The notes under the pieces are model-generated. The model had not been told where the DNA came from. It made no database searches and saw only the letters and a list, made by a program, of their open reading frames with translations. Shown one piece after another: positions 31,037 through 41,766 of a DNA stretch of 54,163 nt. The DNA is from Gallionellaceae bacterium (GTDB lineage: Bacteria; Pseudomonadota; Gammaproteobacteria; Burkholderiales; Thiobacillaceae). Position 1 is the stretch's first letter; every line of letters begins with the position of its first letter. The stretch is taken from the NCBI GenBank assembly GCA_028695325.1, contig JAQVJE010000003.1, positions 1 to 54,163 of the forward strand, given 5' to 3'. The position numbers and the translations under genes are program-made.

Positions 31037-32089
31037 TCAGCGCAGTTTGATCTCGGTCCAGATGCGGTTGAGCACGCGGCGGCTCCGGCGGTCGAGGTCG
31101 CGCAGCATCTGCAGGCGCCCGAACGTCGCCGCATCGGGAAAAACCGCGCGATTATCTGCGATTTCGGGGGCGATGTGGGCCATGGCGGCGCGGTTCGGGT
31201 TGCCGGAGCCGATCAGGTTGGTGAGCTCGGCCGAATTCTCGCCCGCCAGCATGAAGTCGATGAAGCGATGGGCCAGTTCGGGGTGGCGGCCGGTCCGGTG
31301 CAGGACCATGGAGTCGAGCGCCAGGACGGCGCCCTCCTTCGGCGTGGCATAGGCGATCTCGAACGGCCGCCCGGCGGCGCGGGCGTCCTGGCGGGCCTGG
31401 AACATGTCGTTGGAATAGCCGTGCGCGACCCAGATGTTGCCGACGGTCAGTTCCTTGATGTAGCTGGAGGCGTTGAACGCCGCCCAGTAGGGCTTGGCAC
31501 GCAGGATCAGGTCGCGCGCCTGTTTCCACTTCGCCTCGTCGGTGTCGTTGATGGCATGGCCCAGGTAGAGCATGGCGGCCGCCATCAGCTCGCGCTGCGA
31601 GTCCAGCACGGTGACCCGGCCGCGGATCTTCTCCAGGTGCCTGGGCTCGAAGATCAGCGCCCAGGTGTCGGTGGGTAGATCGAGGGCCTCGATGCGCTGC
31701 CGGTTGTAGCCGACCAGGGTGACCGTGTAGGCGTAGGGGACCGAGTAGCGGTTGCCGGGGTCGAAGGCGGTGCCCATGAACTCCGGCTTGATGTTGCCCA
31801 GGTTGGCCAGGCGCGCCTTGTCGAGCGGGCGCAGCTGGCCGGAACGGACCAGCGCCTCGACGGCGTTGCCGGTGGGCACGATGAGGTCGTAGCCGGTGGC
31901 GCCGGCGGCGAGCTTGGCCAGCATCTCCTCGTTGTCGGAGTAGTAGTCCTGCACGACACGGCAGCCGCACTGCGCCTCGAAGCGGGCGACGGTGCGGTCG
32001 GAGATGTAGTTGTTCCAGTTGTACAGGTAGAGGGTGTCGGCGGCGTGGGCCGGGAGGGCCAGCAGCCATGCCAGCAGCAGCCGCCTCAT
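31037..32089 (-). CDS. potD: Polyamine ABC transporter substrate-binding protein
   Basis: LYLYNWNNYI, SDNEEMLAKL, GYDLIVP, YSVPY, PKEGA. Confidence 0.9.
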   Translation of the reverse strand: MRRLLLAWLLALPAHAADTLYLYNWNNYISDRTVARFEAQCGCRVVQDYYSDNEEMLAKLAAGATGYDLIVPTGNAVEALVRSGQLRPLDKARLANLGNIKPEFMGTAFDPGNRYSVPYAYTVTLVGYNRQRIEALDLPTDTWALIFEPRHLEKIRGRVTVLDSQRELMAAAMLYLGHAINDTDEAKWKQARDLILRAKPYWAAFNASSYIKELTVGNIWVAHGYSNDMFQARQDARAAGRPFEIAYATPKEGAVLALDSMVLHRTGRHPELAHRFIDFMLAGENSAELTNLIGSGNPNRAAMAHIAPEIADNRAVFPDAATFGRLQMLRDLDRRSRRVLNRIWTEIKLR

Positions 32090-32865
32090 GTGCCGCCCCG
32101 CATGAATGACTTGTCCAGCCGCGCCGCCAACAGGACCATGACCAGGGTGAGCAGCATCAGCAGGGTCGACACCGCGTTCACCTCCGGGGTGACGGCGATC
32201 TTGATCATCGAGTAGATCTGCAGGGGCAGGGTGGACACGCCCACCCCGGCGGTGAAGAAGGTGATGACGAAGTCGTCGATGGACAGGGTGAAGGCCATCA
32301 CCCCGCCGGCCACCACGGCGGGCAGGATGAGCGGCAGGGTGACGAGGCGGAAGGTCTGCCAGGGGGTGGCGCCGAGGTCGCGAGCGGCCTCGAACAGGCT
32401 CTCGTCCATGCCGGCCAGGCGCGCCCGCACGACGATGGCGACGAAGCCGATGGAGAAGGTTATGTGGGCCAGCACCACCGACAGCAGGCCCAGGGTCAGG
32501 TGCAGGACCTGGATGAAGAACACCAGCAGCGACACCCCGAGCAGGATCTCCGGCATCGCCACCGGGGTGATCACCAGGAAGGGCAGCCAGGGGAAGCGCC
32601 AGCGGTGCATGGCGAGCCCGGCCAGGGTGCCGAGCACGGTGGCGGCCAGGCTGGACACCAGCGCGATCAGCAGCGAGTTGCGCGCCGCCAGCAGCATCTC
32701 CTCGTCCTGGAACAGCAGGCGATACCAGTCCAGGGTGAAGCCCACCCACTCGGCGTTGAGGCGCGAGTCGTTGAAGGAATAGGCCACCACCACGGCGAGC
32801 GGCACGTACAGGAAGGCGTAGGTGGCCAGGGCGGCCAGGACGAGGGACAGCGGCAGCCTACGCAT
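32086..32865 (-). CDS. potC: Polyamine ABC transporter permease
   Basis: FLYVP...YSFN, EAARDLGA, FTLSIDDFVIT, TPEVNA. Confidence 0.92.
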   Translation of the reverse strand: MRRLPLSLVLAALATYAFLYVPLAVVVAYSFNDSRLNAEWVGFTLDWYRLLFQDEEMLLAARNSLLIALVSSLAATVLGTLAGLAMHRWRFPWLPFLVITPVAMPEILLGVSLLVFFIQVLHLTLGLLSVVLAHITFSIGFVAIVVRARLAGMDESLFEAARDLGATPWQTFRLVTLPLILPAVVAGGVMAFTLSIDDFVITFFTAGVGVSTLPLQIYSMIKIAVTPEVNAVSTLLMLLTLVMVLLAARLDKSFMRGGT

Positions 32866-33754
32866 ACTGCCCCCTGGGCCGCGCCGCCCACGCCGCCAGC
32901 CCGGCCAGGGCCAGCACCGCCAGGGTCAGGACGATGGCCAGCACGCTGCCGAACGGCCAGTCGCGGACGCCGAGGAACTGGTCCTTGATCAGGTTGCCGA
33001 TCAGCATGTCGCGGGTGCCGCCCAGTATGTCGGGCACCGCGAACATGCCCAGCACCGGGATGAACACCAGGGCGGCGCCCGCGAACACGCCGGGCAGCGA
33101 CAGCGGCCAGGTCACCCGCCAGAAGCGCTGCCACCCGTTGGCGCCGAGGTCCTGGGCGGTGTCGATGAGGGCCGGGTCGTGCTTCTCCAGGTTGGTGTAG
33201 AGGGGCAGGATCATGAACGGCAGGTGCACATAGACCATGCCGACCAGGACCGCGAAGGGCGAGAACAGGAGGTTCACCGGCCCGGCGCCGAACAGGGCGA
33301 GGAAGCCGTTCACCGCCTGGGCGAGCCCCGCCTGCGGCCCCAGTATGATCATCCAGGCGTACACCCGCACCAGGAAGTTGCTGGCGAAGGGCAGGATCAC
33401 CAGCAGCACCAGGAGGTCGCGGTGGTGCCTGGGGCTGCGGGCGATCAGCCAGGCCACCGGATAGGCCATGACGAGGCAGATCAGGGTCGCGGCGGCGGCG
33501 ACCAGGAAGGAGCGCAGCAGTATCTCGGCGAACAGCCAGTCGCTGAAGAAGAAGGCGTAGTTCTCCAGGGTGAGACCGTGCTCGCGGCCGTCGCCGGGGT
33601 CGGCCAGCGGCGCCAGGCCGCCGAACTCGCCGGGATACTGGAAGCCGGCCAGCAGCACGATCAGGGCCGGCGCGACGAAGAACAGCAGCAGGAACAGGGT
33701 GGGTGGCGCGGTGACCGACCACTTCGCCAGGCGGCCTTCCCTAGTCGCGGACAT
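32858..33754 (-). CDS. potB: Polyamine ABC transporter permease
   Basis: NFLVRVYAW, LPFMILPLY, AQDLGA, RDWPFGS. Confidence 0.92.
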   Translation of the reverse strand: MSATREGRLAKWSVTAPPTLFLLLFFVAPALIVLLAGFQYPGEFGGLAPLADPGDGREHGLTLENYAFFFSDWLFAEILLRSFLVAAAATLICLVMAYPVAWLIARSPRHHRDLLVLLVILPFASNFLVRVYAWMIILGPQAGLAQAVNGFLALFGAGPVNLLFSPFAVLVGMVYVHLPFMILPLYTNLEKHDPALIDTAQDLGANGWQRFWRVTWPLSLPGVFAGAALVFIPVLGMFAVPDILGGTRDMLIGNLIKDQFLGVRDWPFGSVLAIVLTLAVLALAGLAAWAARPRGQYA

Positions 33755-34819
33755 AATGCCCCGCCTCCTTCGGCCAGCCCACCTCGACCCGGTCGCCGAT
33801 CTCGAAGAAACGCGCCCGGCCCGGTGCCTGGTTGGGCAGCAGGGCCTCGATGAGGCGGCCGTTGTCGAGTTCGACCTTGTAGGTGGTGACGTCGCCGACA
33901 TAGAGGAAATCGCGCACCGTGCCGGGGAAGCGGTTGGCCAGGGCGAGGCCGCCTGCGGCAATGCGCACCTGCTCCGGGCGCAGGGCGAGCACCCCCTGGT
34001 CGCCCACCCCGGACTGCCCGTCGGCCGGCGCCAGGATCTCGCCGAGGCCCGCCGCCGCCAGGCGCAGGCCGCCGTCCGCGACCGCCGCCACCGCGGCCTC
34101 GATCAGGTTGCAGTTGCCGATGAAGTCGGCCACGAAGCGGTTCTTCGGGAAACCGTAGATTCGCGACGGCTCGTCCAGCTGCTCGACGACACCGTCGCGC
34201 ATCACGGCGATGCGGTGCGACAGGGCCAGGGCCTCCGGCTGGGCATGGGTGACGAAGACGAAGGTGATGCCCACCTCGCGCTGCAGGCGGATCAGCTCCA
34301 CCTGCATCGCCTCCCGGAGCTTGAGGTCCAGCGCACCGAGCGGCTCGTCGAGCAGGAGCAGGCGCGGCCGGTTGACCAGGCCGCGCGCCAGGGCGACGCG
34401 CTGCTTCTGGCCGCCGGAGATCTCGTGCGGGTAGTGGCCGGCGAGGTCGCGCAGGTGCACGAGGTCGAGGGTCTCGGCGGTGCGCGCCCTGGCCTCGGCG
34501 GCCGGGCGGCCGGCCATGCGCAGGGGAAAGGCGACGTTCTCCGCCACGGTGAGGTGGGGGAACAGGGCGTAGCTCTGGAACACGGTATGGATGGGGCGAC
34601 GCTCCGCCGGGGTGTCGGCGAGGTCCTGGCCGTCGAGCAGGATGCGGCCGGCGTCGGGCAGGTCGAAGCCGGCGATCATCCGGAGTATGGTGGTCTTGCC
34701 ACAGCCGGACGGCCCCAGCAGGGTGAAGAACTCACCCCCTCGACCGCGAAGCTGACCCGCTTCACCGCCTCGAAGGCGCCGAAGCGGCGGGTGACGTCGC
34801 GCAGTTCCAGCAGGGGCAT
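33741..34819 (-). pseudogene. potA: Polyamine ABC transporter ATPase, frameshifted near the N-terminus (or sequencing error)
   Basis: MPLLELRDVTRRFGAFEAVKRVSFAVE from 34819 is out of frame with GEFFTLLGPSGCGKTT...SGGQKQR...LLDEP. Span is 1079 nt; the shift lies at the G5 run at 34735-34739. Confidence 0.85.
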
Positions 34820-34983
34820 GGCCGGCCTTCCCGACAGGGGGTATTCCATTCTAGTGCCAGTCCCTGTCGGTGACGTGGACCATCAATGCATTTTCTGGGG
34901 GCATCAGAATATTGATCTATGCAGATTTTCTGATTGGCTACCATCCCAGCAGTCCTGCAAGCCAGAAAGCCAGAAAGCACATC

Positions 34984-36267
34984 ATGCCCCGATTCCCCGC
35001 CCAGACGGCGACCGCCGCCGCCCTGTCCTGCCTGGCCTGTGCCGCCCACGCCACCAACGGCATGAACCTGGAGGGCTACGGCCCCCTGGCGATGAGCATG
35101 GGCGGCGCCTCCATGGCCTACGACAGCGGCATGGCCGCGATGATGAACAACCCGGCCACCCTTGCCCTCACGGTGCCGGGCCAGCAGTTGGCCCTGGCCC
35201 TGCACCACCTGGGCCCCGACGTTGCCGTGCAGGGGGTGGCCGGCTCCGGCGGCGATTCCTACTTCATGCCGGCCATCGGCTGGGGCCGCAAGGACGGTCG
35301 CCTGACCTACGGGGTCGGCATGTTCGCCCAGGGCGGCATGGGCACCGAATACGGCCGCGACACGATGTTCTCCATGGGCACCGGCCAGGAGGTGCGTTCC
35401 GAACTGGGCGTGGGCCGCCTCATCCTGCCGCTCGCCTACGAGGTCACCCCCGACCTCGCGCTGGGCGGCTCGCTTGACTACGTCTGGGCCATGCTGGACG
35501 TCGGCATGGTGGCGACCCGCGACCAGGTCCTCGGCATGACCGGTGGCGCGGCGGAGATCGGCCCCGGCAACAACGCCTACATCGGCTTCTCGGACGACAA
35601 CGACTTCACCGGCAAGGCCAAGGGCACCGGCTGGGCCGGCAAGCTCGGCCTGACCTACAAGTTCAGCCCGGTGCTGACGGTGGGGGCGTCCTACCACAGC
35701 AAGACCCGCCTGAGCGACATGAAGACCTCGGCCGAGGGCGCCGAGATGGCCGTCTACGACGGCAGCGGCGCCCTCGTGCCGGGCAGTGCCTCGACCGGCA
35801 AGCTCGCCGTGATCGACTTCCAGTGGCCGGAGACCTGGGCCGTCGGCCTGGCCTGGCAGGCCACCCCGAAGCTGATGCTGGCGGCCGACGTACGGCGGCT
35901 CAACTGGTCCGACGCCATGCAGAACTTCCGCATGGCCTACAACGGCATGACGATGACCATGCCGCAGCAGTGGGACGATCAGACGGTCTATGCCATCGGC
36001 CTGCAATACCGGCCCACCGACCGCCTGGGCCTGCGCGCCGGCCTCAACTACGGCAAGAACCCGGTGCCGGATGCCTGGCTGCATCCGCTCTTCCCCGCCA
36101 CCGTGGAGCGGCACTACACCGCCGGCTTCGACTACCGGCTGAGCGATGCCGGCTGCATCGCCGGCGCCGTCTCCTTCGCCCCGGAGGTCTCCGACGTGAA
36201 TGGCATGGGCATGGCCGTCACGCACGGCCAGGTGTCGGCCATGATCGGCTACAACCACCACTTCTGA
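34984..36267 (+). CDS. OmpP1/FadL-family outer membrane transporter
   Basis: Signal AHA, TNGMNLEGYG...MGGA...NNPA hatch motif, beta-barrel pattern, C-terminal Phe. Confidence 0.9.
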   Translation: MPRFPAQTATAAALSCLACAAHATNGMNLEGYGPLAMSMGGASMAYDSGMAAMMNNPATLALTVPGQQLALALHHLGPDVAVQGVAGSGGDSYFMPAIGWGRKDGRLTYGVGMFAQGGMGTEYGRDTMFSMGTGQEVRSELGVGRLILPLAYEVTPDLALGGSLDYVWAMLDVGMVATRDQVLGMTGGAAEIGPGNNAYIGFSDDNDFTGKAKGTGWAGKLGLTYKFSPVLTVGASYHSKTRLSDMKTSAEGAEMAVYDGSGALVPGSASTGKLAVIDFQWPETWAVGLAWQATPKLMLAADVRRLNWSDAMQNFRMAYNGMTMTMPQQWDDQTVYAIGLQYRPTDRLGLRAGLNYGKNPVPDAWLHPLFPATVERHYTAGFDYRLSDAGCIAGAVSFAPEVSDVNGMGMAVTHGQVSAMIGYNHHF

Positions 36268-36367
36268 CTCGGCCGCGACCGGCGCCCACGGCGTCGGCTG
36301 CCAGTCCGGGGTGGCGTTGGCGCGTGTCAGGGGTTAAAAACATCTTATTTGCCGCGCTTCCCCCGCC

Positions 36368-38482
36368 ATGACCCTGCCGCTCTTTCCCCGCACCCCCCCG
36401 TTGACCGGTGACGACGCCGAGGCGACGCGCCGGGAGATCCGTGCCTGCTTCCACGCCACCCAGGAGCGCTACGAACAACTGTTCGAGACCCTGGCCGGTG
36501 ACGCGGCCTACTATGTCAAGCCCATCCCGCTGCGCCACCCGCTGATCTTCTACTACGGCCACACGGCCACCTTCTTCGTCAACAAGCTGGTCCTGGCCGG
36601 GCTGCTGGACGAGCGCATCGACCCCCGGCTGGAGTCCATCTGCGCCGTCGGCGTCGACGAGATGAGTTGGGACGACCTCGACGACAGCCACTACGACTGG
36701 CCGACGGTGGCGGCAGTACGCGCTTACCGCCGGCGCCTGCGGGAGACGGTGGATGCCCTGATGACGAGGCTGCCCATCGCCCTGCCGATAACCTGGGACA
36801 GCCCCTGGTGGCCGATCCTGATGGGGATCGAGCACGAGCGCATCCACCTGGAGACCTCGTCGGTGCTGATCCGCCAGCACGACCTCCGCCACGTCCGCCC
36901 GCATCCGGCCTGGCCACCCTGCCGGGAGTCCGGCGAGCCGCCTGCCAACGACCTGGTGGCGGTGGTGGCCGGCACGGTGCGCCTCGGCAAGGAGCGGGTG
37001 GCTGACCCGCACTACGGCTGGGACAACGAATACGGCTGCCACGTCGCCGACGTGCCGGCCTTCCGGGCTAGCCGGCGCCTGGTGTCGAACCGCGAGTTCC
37101 TCGCCTTCGTCGAGGCCGGCGGCTATGCCGACGACGCCTGGTGGAGCGAGGAGGGCAGGGCCTGGCGTACCTATGCCGGGGCAGCCTGGCCGACCTTCTG
37201 GCGCCGCGATGGCGGCAGCTGGCGCCTGCGCCTGATGCTGGAAGAGGTGGCCATGCCCTGGGACTGGCCGGTGGAGGTCAACCAGCACGAGGCCAAGGCG
37301 TACTGTGACTGGCTGGCGGCACAGACCGGCGAGGCGGTGCGCCTGCCGACGGAGGACGAGTGGTACCGCCTGTACGAGGCCGCCGGGCTGGCCGAGGTGC
37401 CGGCCGAGCGGCCTGCCCCGGCCAATCTCCATCTCGACCACTGGGCCTCGGCCTGCCCGGTGACCCGCTTTCCCCAGGGCGACTTCTGCGATGTCGCCGG
37501 CAATGTCTGGCAGTGGACCGAGACGCCCATCTACCCCTTCGAGGGTTTCCAGGTACATCCGCTCTACGACGACTTCACCACCCCCACCTTCGACGGCCGT
37601 CACAACCTGATCAAGGGTGGTTCCTGGATATCCTGCGGCAACGAGAGCCTGCACGCGGCGCGCTATGCCTTCCGGCGCCACTTCTTCCAGCACGCCGGCT
37701 TCCGCTACGTGGTGGGCGCGCCGGCCCAGGCAGCGCCGGCGTCCAACTACGAGAGTGATCGCCTGCTGGCGGAATACGCCGAGTTCCACTACGGCGATGA
37801 ATACTTCGGCGTCGCCAACTTCCCCAAGGCGATGGCCGACCTGGCCGTGCGCGCCATGGCCGGCCGGCCCCTGCGGCGCGCCCTCGACCTCGGCTGCGCG
37901 GCAGGGCGGGCGAGCTTTGAGCTGGCGCGCCACTTCGACCACGTCACCGGACTCGACTTCTCGGCGCGCTTCATCAACCTGGGCGTCGCCCTGGCCGAGA
38001 CCGGCGTGCTGCGCTACACCCTGGTGGAGGAGGGCGAATTGGTGAGCTACCGGGAACGCCGGCTGGCCGACCTCGGCCTGGCCGAAACACGCGGCCGGGT
38101 GGCGTTCCAGCAGGCCGACGCCTGCAACCTGAAGCCCATCCACACCGGCTATGACCTCATCCTGGCGGCCAACCTGATCGACCGCCTGTACAGCCCGGCC
38201 CGCTTCCTGGACGCGGTGCACGAGCGCCTCAACCCCGGCGGCCTCCTGGTGCTCGCCTCGCCCTACACCTGGCTGGCCGAGCACACCCCGCGCGAGGAGT
38301 GGCTGGGCGGCTACAAGCGGGACGGCGAGAGCCATGCCACCCTGGACGGGCTGAAGGAGCATCTGGGCCGGCATTTCCGCCTGATGGACGGCCCCCTGGA
38401 GGTGCCCTTCGTGATCCGCGAGACCCGCCGCAAGCACCAGCACACCTTGTCAGAGGTGACCATCTGGGAACGCCTGGACTGA
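36368..38482 (+). CDS. ovoA: 5-histidylcysteine sulfoxide synthase / methyltransferase
   Basis: LRHPLIFYYGHT, GVDEMSWDD, HERIHLE (HX3HXE), FGE-like GNVWQW, FRRHFFQHAGFRY, C-terminal SAM domain DLGCAAGR. Confidence 0.93.
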   Translation: MTLPLFPRTPPLTGDDAEATRREIRACFHATQERYEQLFETLAGDAAYYVKPIPLRHPLIFYYGHTATFFVNKLVLAGLLDERIDPRLESICAVGVDEMSWDDLDDSHYDWPTVAAVRAYRRRLRETVDALMTRLPIALPITWDSPWWPILMGIEHERIHLETSSVLIRQHDLRHVRPHPAWPPCRESGEPPANDLVAVVAGTVRLGKERVADPHYGWDNEYGCHVADVPAFRASRRLVSNREFLAFVEAGGYADDAWWSEEGRAWRTYAGAAWPTFWRRDGGSWRLRLMLEEVAMPWDWPVEVNQHEAKAYCDWLAAQTGEAVRLPTEDEWYRLYEAAGLAEVPAERPAPANLHLDHWASACPVTRFPQGDFCDVAGNVWQWTETPIYPFEGFQVHPLYDDFTTPTFDGRHNLIKGGSWISCGNESLHAARYAFRRHFFQHAGFRYVVGAPAQAAPASNYESDRLLAEYAEFHYGDEYFGVANFPKAMADLAVRAMAGRPLRRALDLGCAAGRASFELARHFDHVTGLDFSARFINLGVALAETGVLRYTLVEEGELVSYRERRLADLGLAETRGRVAFQQADACNLKPIHTGYDLILAANLIDRLYSPARFLDAVHERLNPGGLLVLASPYTWLAEHTPREEWLGGYKRDGESHATLDGLKEHLGRHFRLMDGPLEVPFVIRETRRKHQHTLSEVTIWERLD

Positions 38483-38483
38483 G

Positions 38484-39650
38484 ATGAGCTGGGACTTCGA
38501 CCGCATCATCCCGCGCGCCGGCACCGGCGCACTGAAGTGGGACGAGCGTCGCGCCCGCTTCGGCGCCGACGACGTTCTGCCCATGTGGGTGGCCGACATG
38601 GACTTCGCCGCCCCCGCGGCGGTGACCCGCGCCCTGGTGGAGCGGGCGCAACACCCGGTGTACGGCTACACCCGTCACCCAGACGCGCTCTACGAGTCCC
38701 TGGCGGACTGGTTGCGCACGCGGCACGGCTGGGTCATCGAGCGCGACTGGGTGGTCTGGGTGCCCGGCGTGGTGCCCGGCCTGTATGCCGCCGTGCGCGC
38801 CTTCGCGGCGCCGGGCGAGGGGGTGATCGTGCAGCCGCCGGTCTATCCGCCCTTCTTCTCGGCCGTCACCGACAACGGCCGCTGCCTGTTGGAGAACCCG
38901 CTGGTCGAGACCGACGGCGGCCATGCCATGGACCTGGCGGGCCTGGACCGGGCGGCGGCGGATGCCCGCCTGCTGCTGCTCTGCTCGCCCCACAACCCGG
39001 TCGGCCGGGTGTGGCGCACGGACGAACTCGCCGCCATGCTGGCCATCGCCCGCCGGCATGGCCTGGTGGTGCTGAGCGACGAGATCCACCACGACCTCGT
39101 CTACCCCGGCGGCCGCCACACGCCTCTGGCCGGCCTGGCCGGCGACGGCCTCAACGTGGTGACCGCGGTGGCGCCCAGCAAGACCTTCAATATCCCGGGC
39201 CTGGGCCTGTCGGCCCTGATCGCCCCGAACCCCGCCCACCGGGCGGCCCTGCGCCGGGTGCTGGGCGAGCTTCACGTGGGGACCGGCAACCCCTTCGCCA
39301 TCGCCGCCTTCATCGCCGCCTACCGGGAGGGTGCCGCCTGGCTGGACGCGCTGCTGGACTACCTGGCCGGCAACCGGGACTACGCCCTCGATTTCGTCGC
39401 CCGCCGGCTGCCCGGCATCCGCGCGGTGGCGCCGGAAGGGACCTATCTGCTCTGGCTGGACTGCCGCGGCCTGGGACTGGACGATGCCGACCTGCAGGCA
39501 TTCTTTGCCCGCCGGGCACGCGTGGGGCTCAATCCCGGGCTCAGCTTCGGCAGCGGCGGTAGCGGCTGCATGCGCTTCAACCTGGGCGCGCCCCGCTTCC
39601 TGGTCGCCGAGGCACTGGAGCGGATCGCCGCGGCGCTGGCCTCAGCGTGA
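38484..39650 (+). CDS. PatB/MalY-family PLP-dependent C-S lyase (candidate OvoB role)
   Basis: [41 protein letters not shown]. Starts 1 nt after the ovoA stop. Confidence 0.9.
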   Translation: MSWDFDRIIPRAGTGALKWDERRARFGADDVLPMWVADMDFAAPAAVTRALVERAQHPVYGYTRHPDALYESLADWLRTRHGWVIERDWVVWVPGVVPGLYAAVRAFAAPGEGVIVQPPVYPPFFSAVTDNGRCLLENPLVETDGGHAMDLAGLDRAAADARLLLLCSPHNPVGRVWRTDELAAMLAIARRHGLVVLSDEIHHDLVYPGGRHTPLAGLAGDGLNVVTAVAPSKTFNIPGLGLSALIAPNPAHRAALRRVLGELHVGTGNPFAIAAFIAAYREGAAWLDALLDYLAGNRDYALDFVARRLPGIRAVAPEGTYLLWLDCRGLGLDDADLQAFFARRARVGLNPGLSFGSGGSGCMRFNLGAPRFLVAEALERIAAALASA

Positions 39651-41156
39651 CAGGGCGAGCAGCAGGGAGGTGGCCAGCAGCAGGGCGATGGCGGCCAACC
39701 AGCGGTTGCGCGCCTGCTGCTGGCGCAGCATCAGCTCCATGCCCTTCTCCAGCCGTTCCAGGCGGTCGGTTTTCAGGGCCTGGTGGGCCAGGCGGGGCAG
39801 CTGCGGGATCAGCATGCCCCAGTAGGGTGCCTCTTCCCTGAGGGTACGGGTCCAGCCGCGCCAGCCCAGCTGCTCGCTCATCCAGCGTTCCAGGAAGGGC
39901 TTTGCGGTGGCCCAGAGGTCGAGTTCCGGGTCGAGCTGGCGGCCCAGGCCCTCGATGTTGAGCAGGGTCTTCTGCAGCATCACCAGCTGCGGCTGGATCT
40001 CCATGCCGAAGCGGCGCGAGGTCTGGAACAGGCGCAGGAGCACCTTGCCGAAGGCGATCTCCTTCAAGGGCCGGTCGAACACCGGCTCGCATACCGCCCG
40101 GATGGCGGCCTCGAACTCGTCGACGCGGGTGTCCGGCGAGATCCAGCCGGAGTCGAGGTGGGTCTGCGCCACCCGCTTGTAGTCGCGCCGGAAGAAGGCG
40201 AGGAAGTTCTGCGCCAGGTAGTTCTTGTCGACGTCGTTGAGCGTCCCCATGATGCCGAAGTCGAGCGCCACGTACTTGCCGTCGTCGGTGACCAGGATGT
40301 TGCCGGGGTGCATGTCGGCGTGGAAGTAGCCGTCCCGGAACACCTGGGTGAAGAAGATCTCCACCCCGGCGCGGGCCAGCCGCTTGTGGTCGATGCCGCG
40401 CGTCACCAGTTCTTCCCGGCGGGCGATGGGGGTGCCGTCCATCCAGGACATCACCATCACCTCGGCGCTGCAGTAGTCCCAGTGCACCTCGGGTACGGCG
40501 AGGAGCGGCGAGCCCTCGAAGTTGCGTCGGAGCTGCGAGCAGTTGGCCGCCTCGCGCACCATGTCCAGTTCGTCGGCCAGGTGCTTGGCGAACTCGGCCA
40601 CCACTTCGCGCGGCTTCAGGCGCTTGCCGTCCGACCACAGGGTCTCCAGCAGGCCGGCCAGGCTGTCGAGCAGGCGGATGTCGCTGGCGATGACCGGCTC
40701 GATGCCGGGGCGCAGCACCTTCACCGCCACCGCCTCGCCGGTCTTCAGGCGGGCGCGGTGCACCTGGGCCACCGAGGCGGAGGCCACCGGCACCGGGTCG
40801 AACTCGGCGAACACCTCGTTGGCGTCGCGCCCGTAGGCCCGCCGCAGCACCGCCAGGGCCTGCGCGGAGGGAAAGGGCGGCACGCGGTCCTGCAACTTGG
40901 CCAGTTCGTCGGCGATGTCGTTGGGCAGCATGTCGCGCCGGGTGGAGAGGACCTGGCCGAACTTGACGAAGATCGGTCCCAGTGACTCCAGTGCCCGGCG
41001 CAGGCGCACCGCGCGCGGCTCCCTGAGCGGCCGCCAGAAGAACAGGACGTTGACCAGCCAGCGCAGGGCCTGGATGCGTTCGTGGCCGAGGAGAAACTCG
41101 TCGAGGCCGTAGCGGGCGCCGGTGAACAGGATGCGGGTGAGACGCAGGGCTCTCAT
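39642..41156 (-). CDS. ubiB: Ubiquinone biosynthesis kinase-like protein
   Basis: [49 protein letters not shown]. Confidence 0.97.
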   Translation of the reverse strand: MRALRLTRILFTGARYGLDEFLLGHERIQALRWLVNVLFFWRPLREPRAVRLRRALESLGPIFVKFGQVLSTRRDMLPNDIADELAKLQDRVPPFPSAQALAVLRRAYGRDANEVFAEFDPVPVASASVAQVHRARLKTGEAVAVKVLRPGIEPVIASDIRLLDSLAGLLETLWSDGKRLKPREVVAEFAKHLADELDMVREAANCSQLRRNFEGSPLLAVPEVHWDYCSAEVMVMSWMDGTPIARREELVTRGIDHKRLARAGVEIFFTQVFRDGYFHADMHPGNILVTDDGKYVALDFGIMGTLNDVDKNYLAQNFLAFFRRDYKRVAQTHLDSGWISPDTRVDEFEAAIRAVCEPVFDRPLKEIAFGKVLLRLFQTSRRFGMEIQPQLVMLQKTLLNIEGLGRQLDPELDLWATAKPFLERWMSEQLGWRGWTRTLREEAPYWGMLIPQLPRLAHQALKTDRLERLEKGMELMLRQQQARNRWLAAIALLLATSLLLALSR

Positions 41157-41731
41157 CGCCGCCGTTCCAGGATGGCCAGGCGCGCCTCCAGGCGGGCGAC
41201 GTCGTCGCGCAGGCCGTCCACCTCGGCGACGAAGCGGCGCACGGCGTGCTTGTCGGCCACCAGGCCGGCCTCGAAGGTGGCGTATTCGGCCAGGGTCAGG
41301 CCCACCGACTCGTGCGCCTGCGCGCGCCAGCGGCCGAAGCCGGCGACGGCCTGGGCGGCGCGCGCGGCCAGCATGTCGCCGACATAGGGGCGCAGGGCCA
41401 GTGCCCAGTCGAAGCGGTCCAGGGCGGCCGCGAGGTCGGCGGCCAGGACGCCGTCGCCGGCCACGGCGGCACGCCTGATGGCGTCGCGGTCGCCGAGGGC
41501 GAGGGCGGCCAGGCCGTCGGGCGCCACCGTGATCTCGGTGTCGATGGCCGTTTCGGTGACGGGGTCGGCGGCCTCGATGCCGCCATCCCCGGCAATGCGG
41601 AAATCCAGGGTGACCAGCGGCAGGCGCAGGCGCGCCTGCTTGCCGGCATGGCGGGCCAGGGCGGCGCGCACGCCGGGCTGGCGGATCAACTGGCGGTCGA
41701 GTAGGGCGAGCAGGGTGGCGGCGGAGAACAT
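41153..41731 (-). CDS. ubiJ: Ubiquinone biosynthesis accessory factor (SCP2 domain)
   Basis: Coupled upstream of ubiB. C-terminal [15 protein letters not shown] coiled coil. Confidence 0.85.
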   Translation of the reverse strand: MFSAATLLALLDRQLIRQPGVRAALARHAGKQARLRLPLVTLDFRIAGDGGIEAADPVTETAIDTEITVAPDGLAALALGDRDAIRRAAVAGDGVLAADLAAALDRFDWALALRPYVGDMLAARAAQAVAGFGRWRAQAHESVGLTLAEYATFEAGLVADKHAVRRFVAEVDGLRDDVARLEARLAILERRR

Positions 41732-41766
41732 GGGCGGATTGTATTTCATTGCGGGATAATCCCGGC

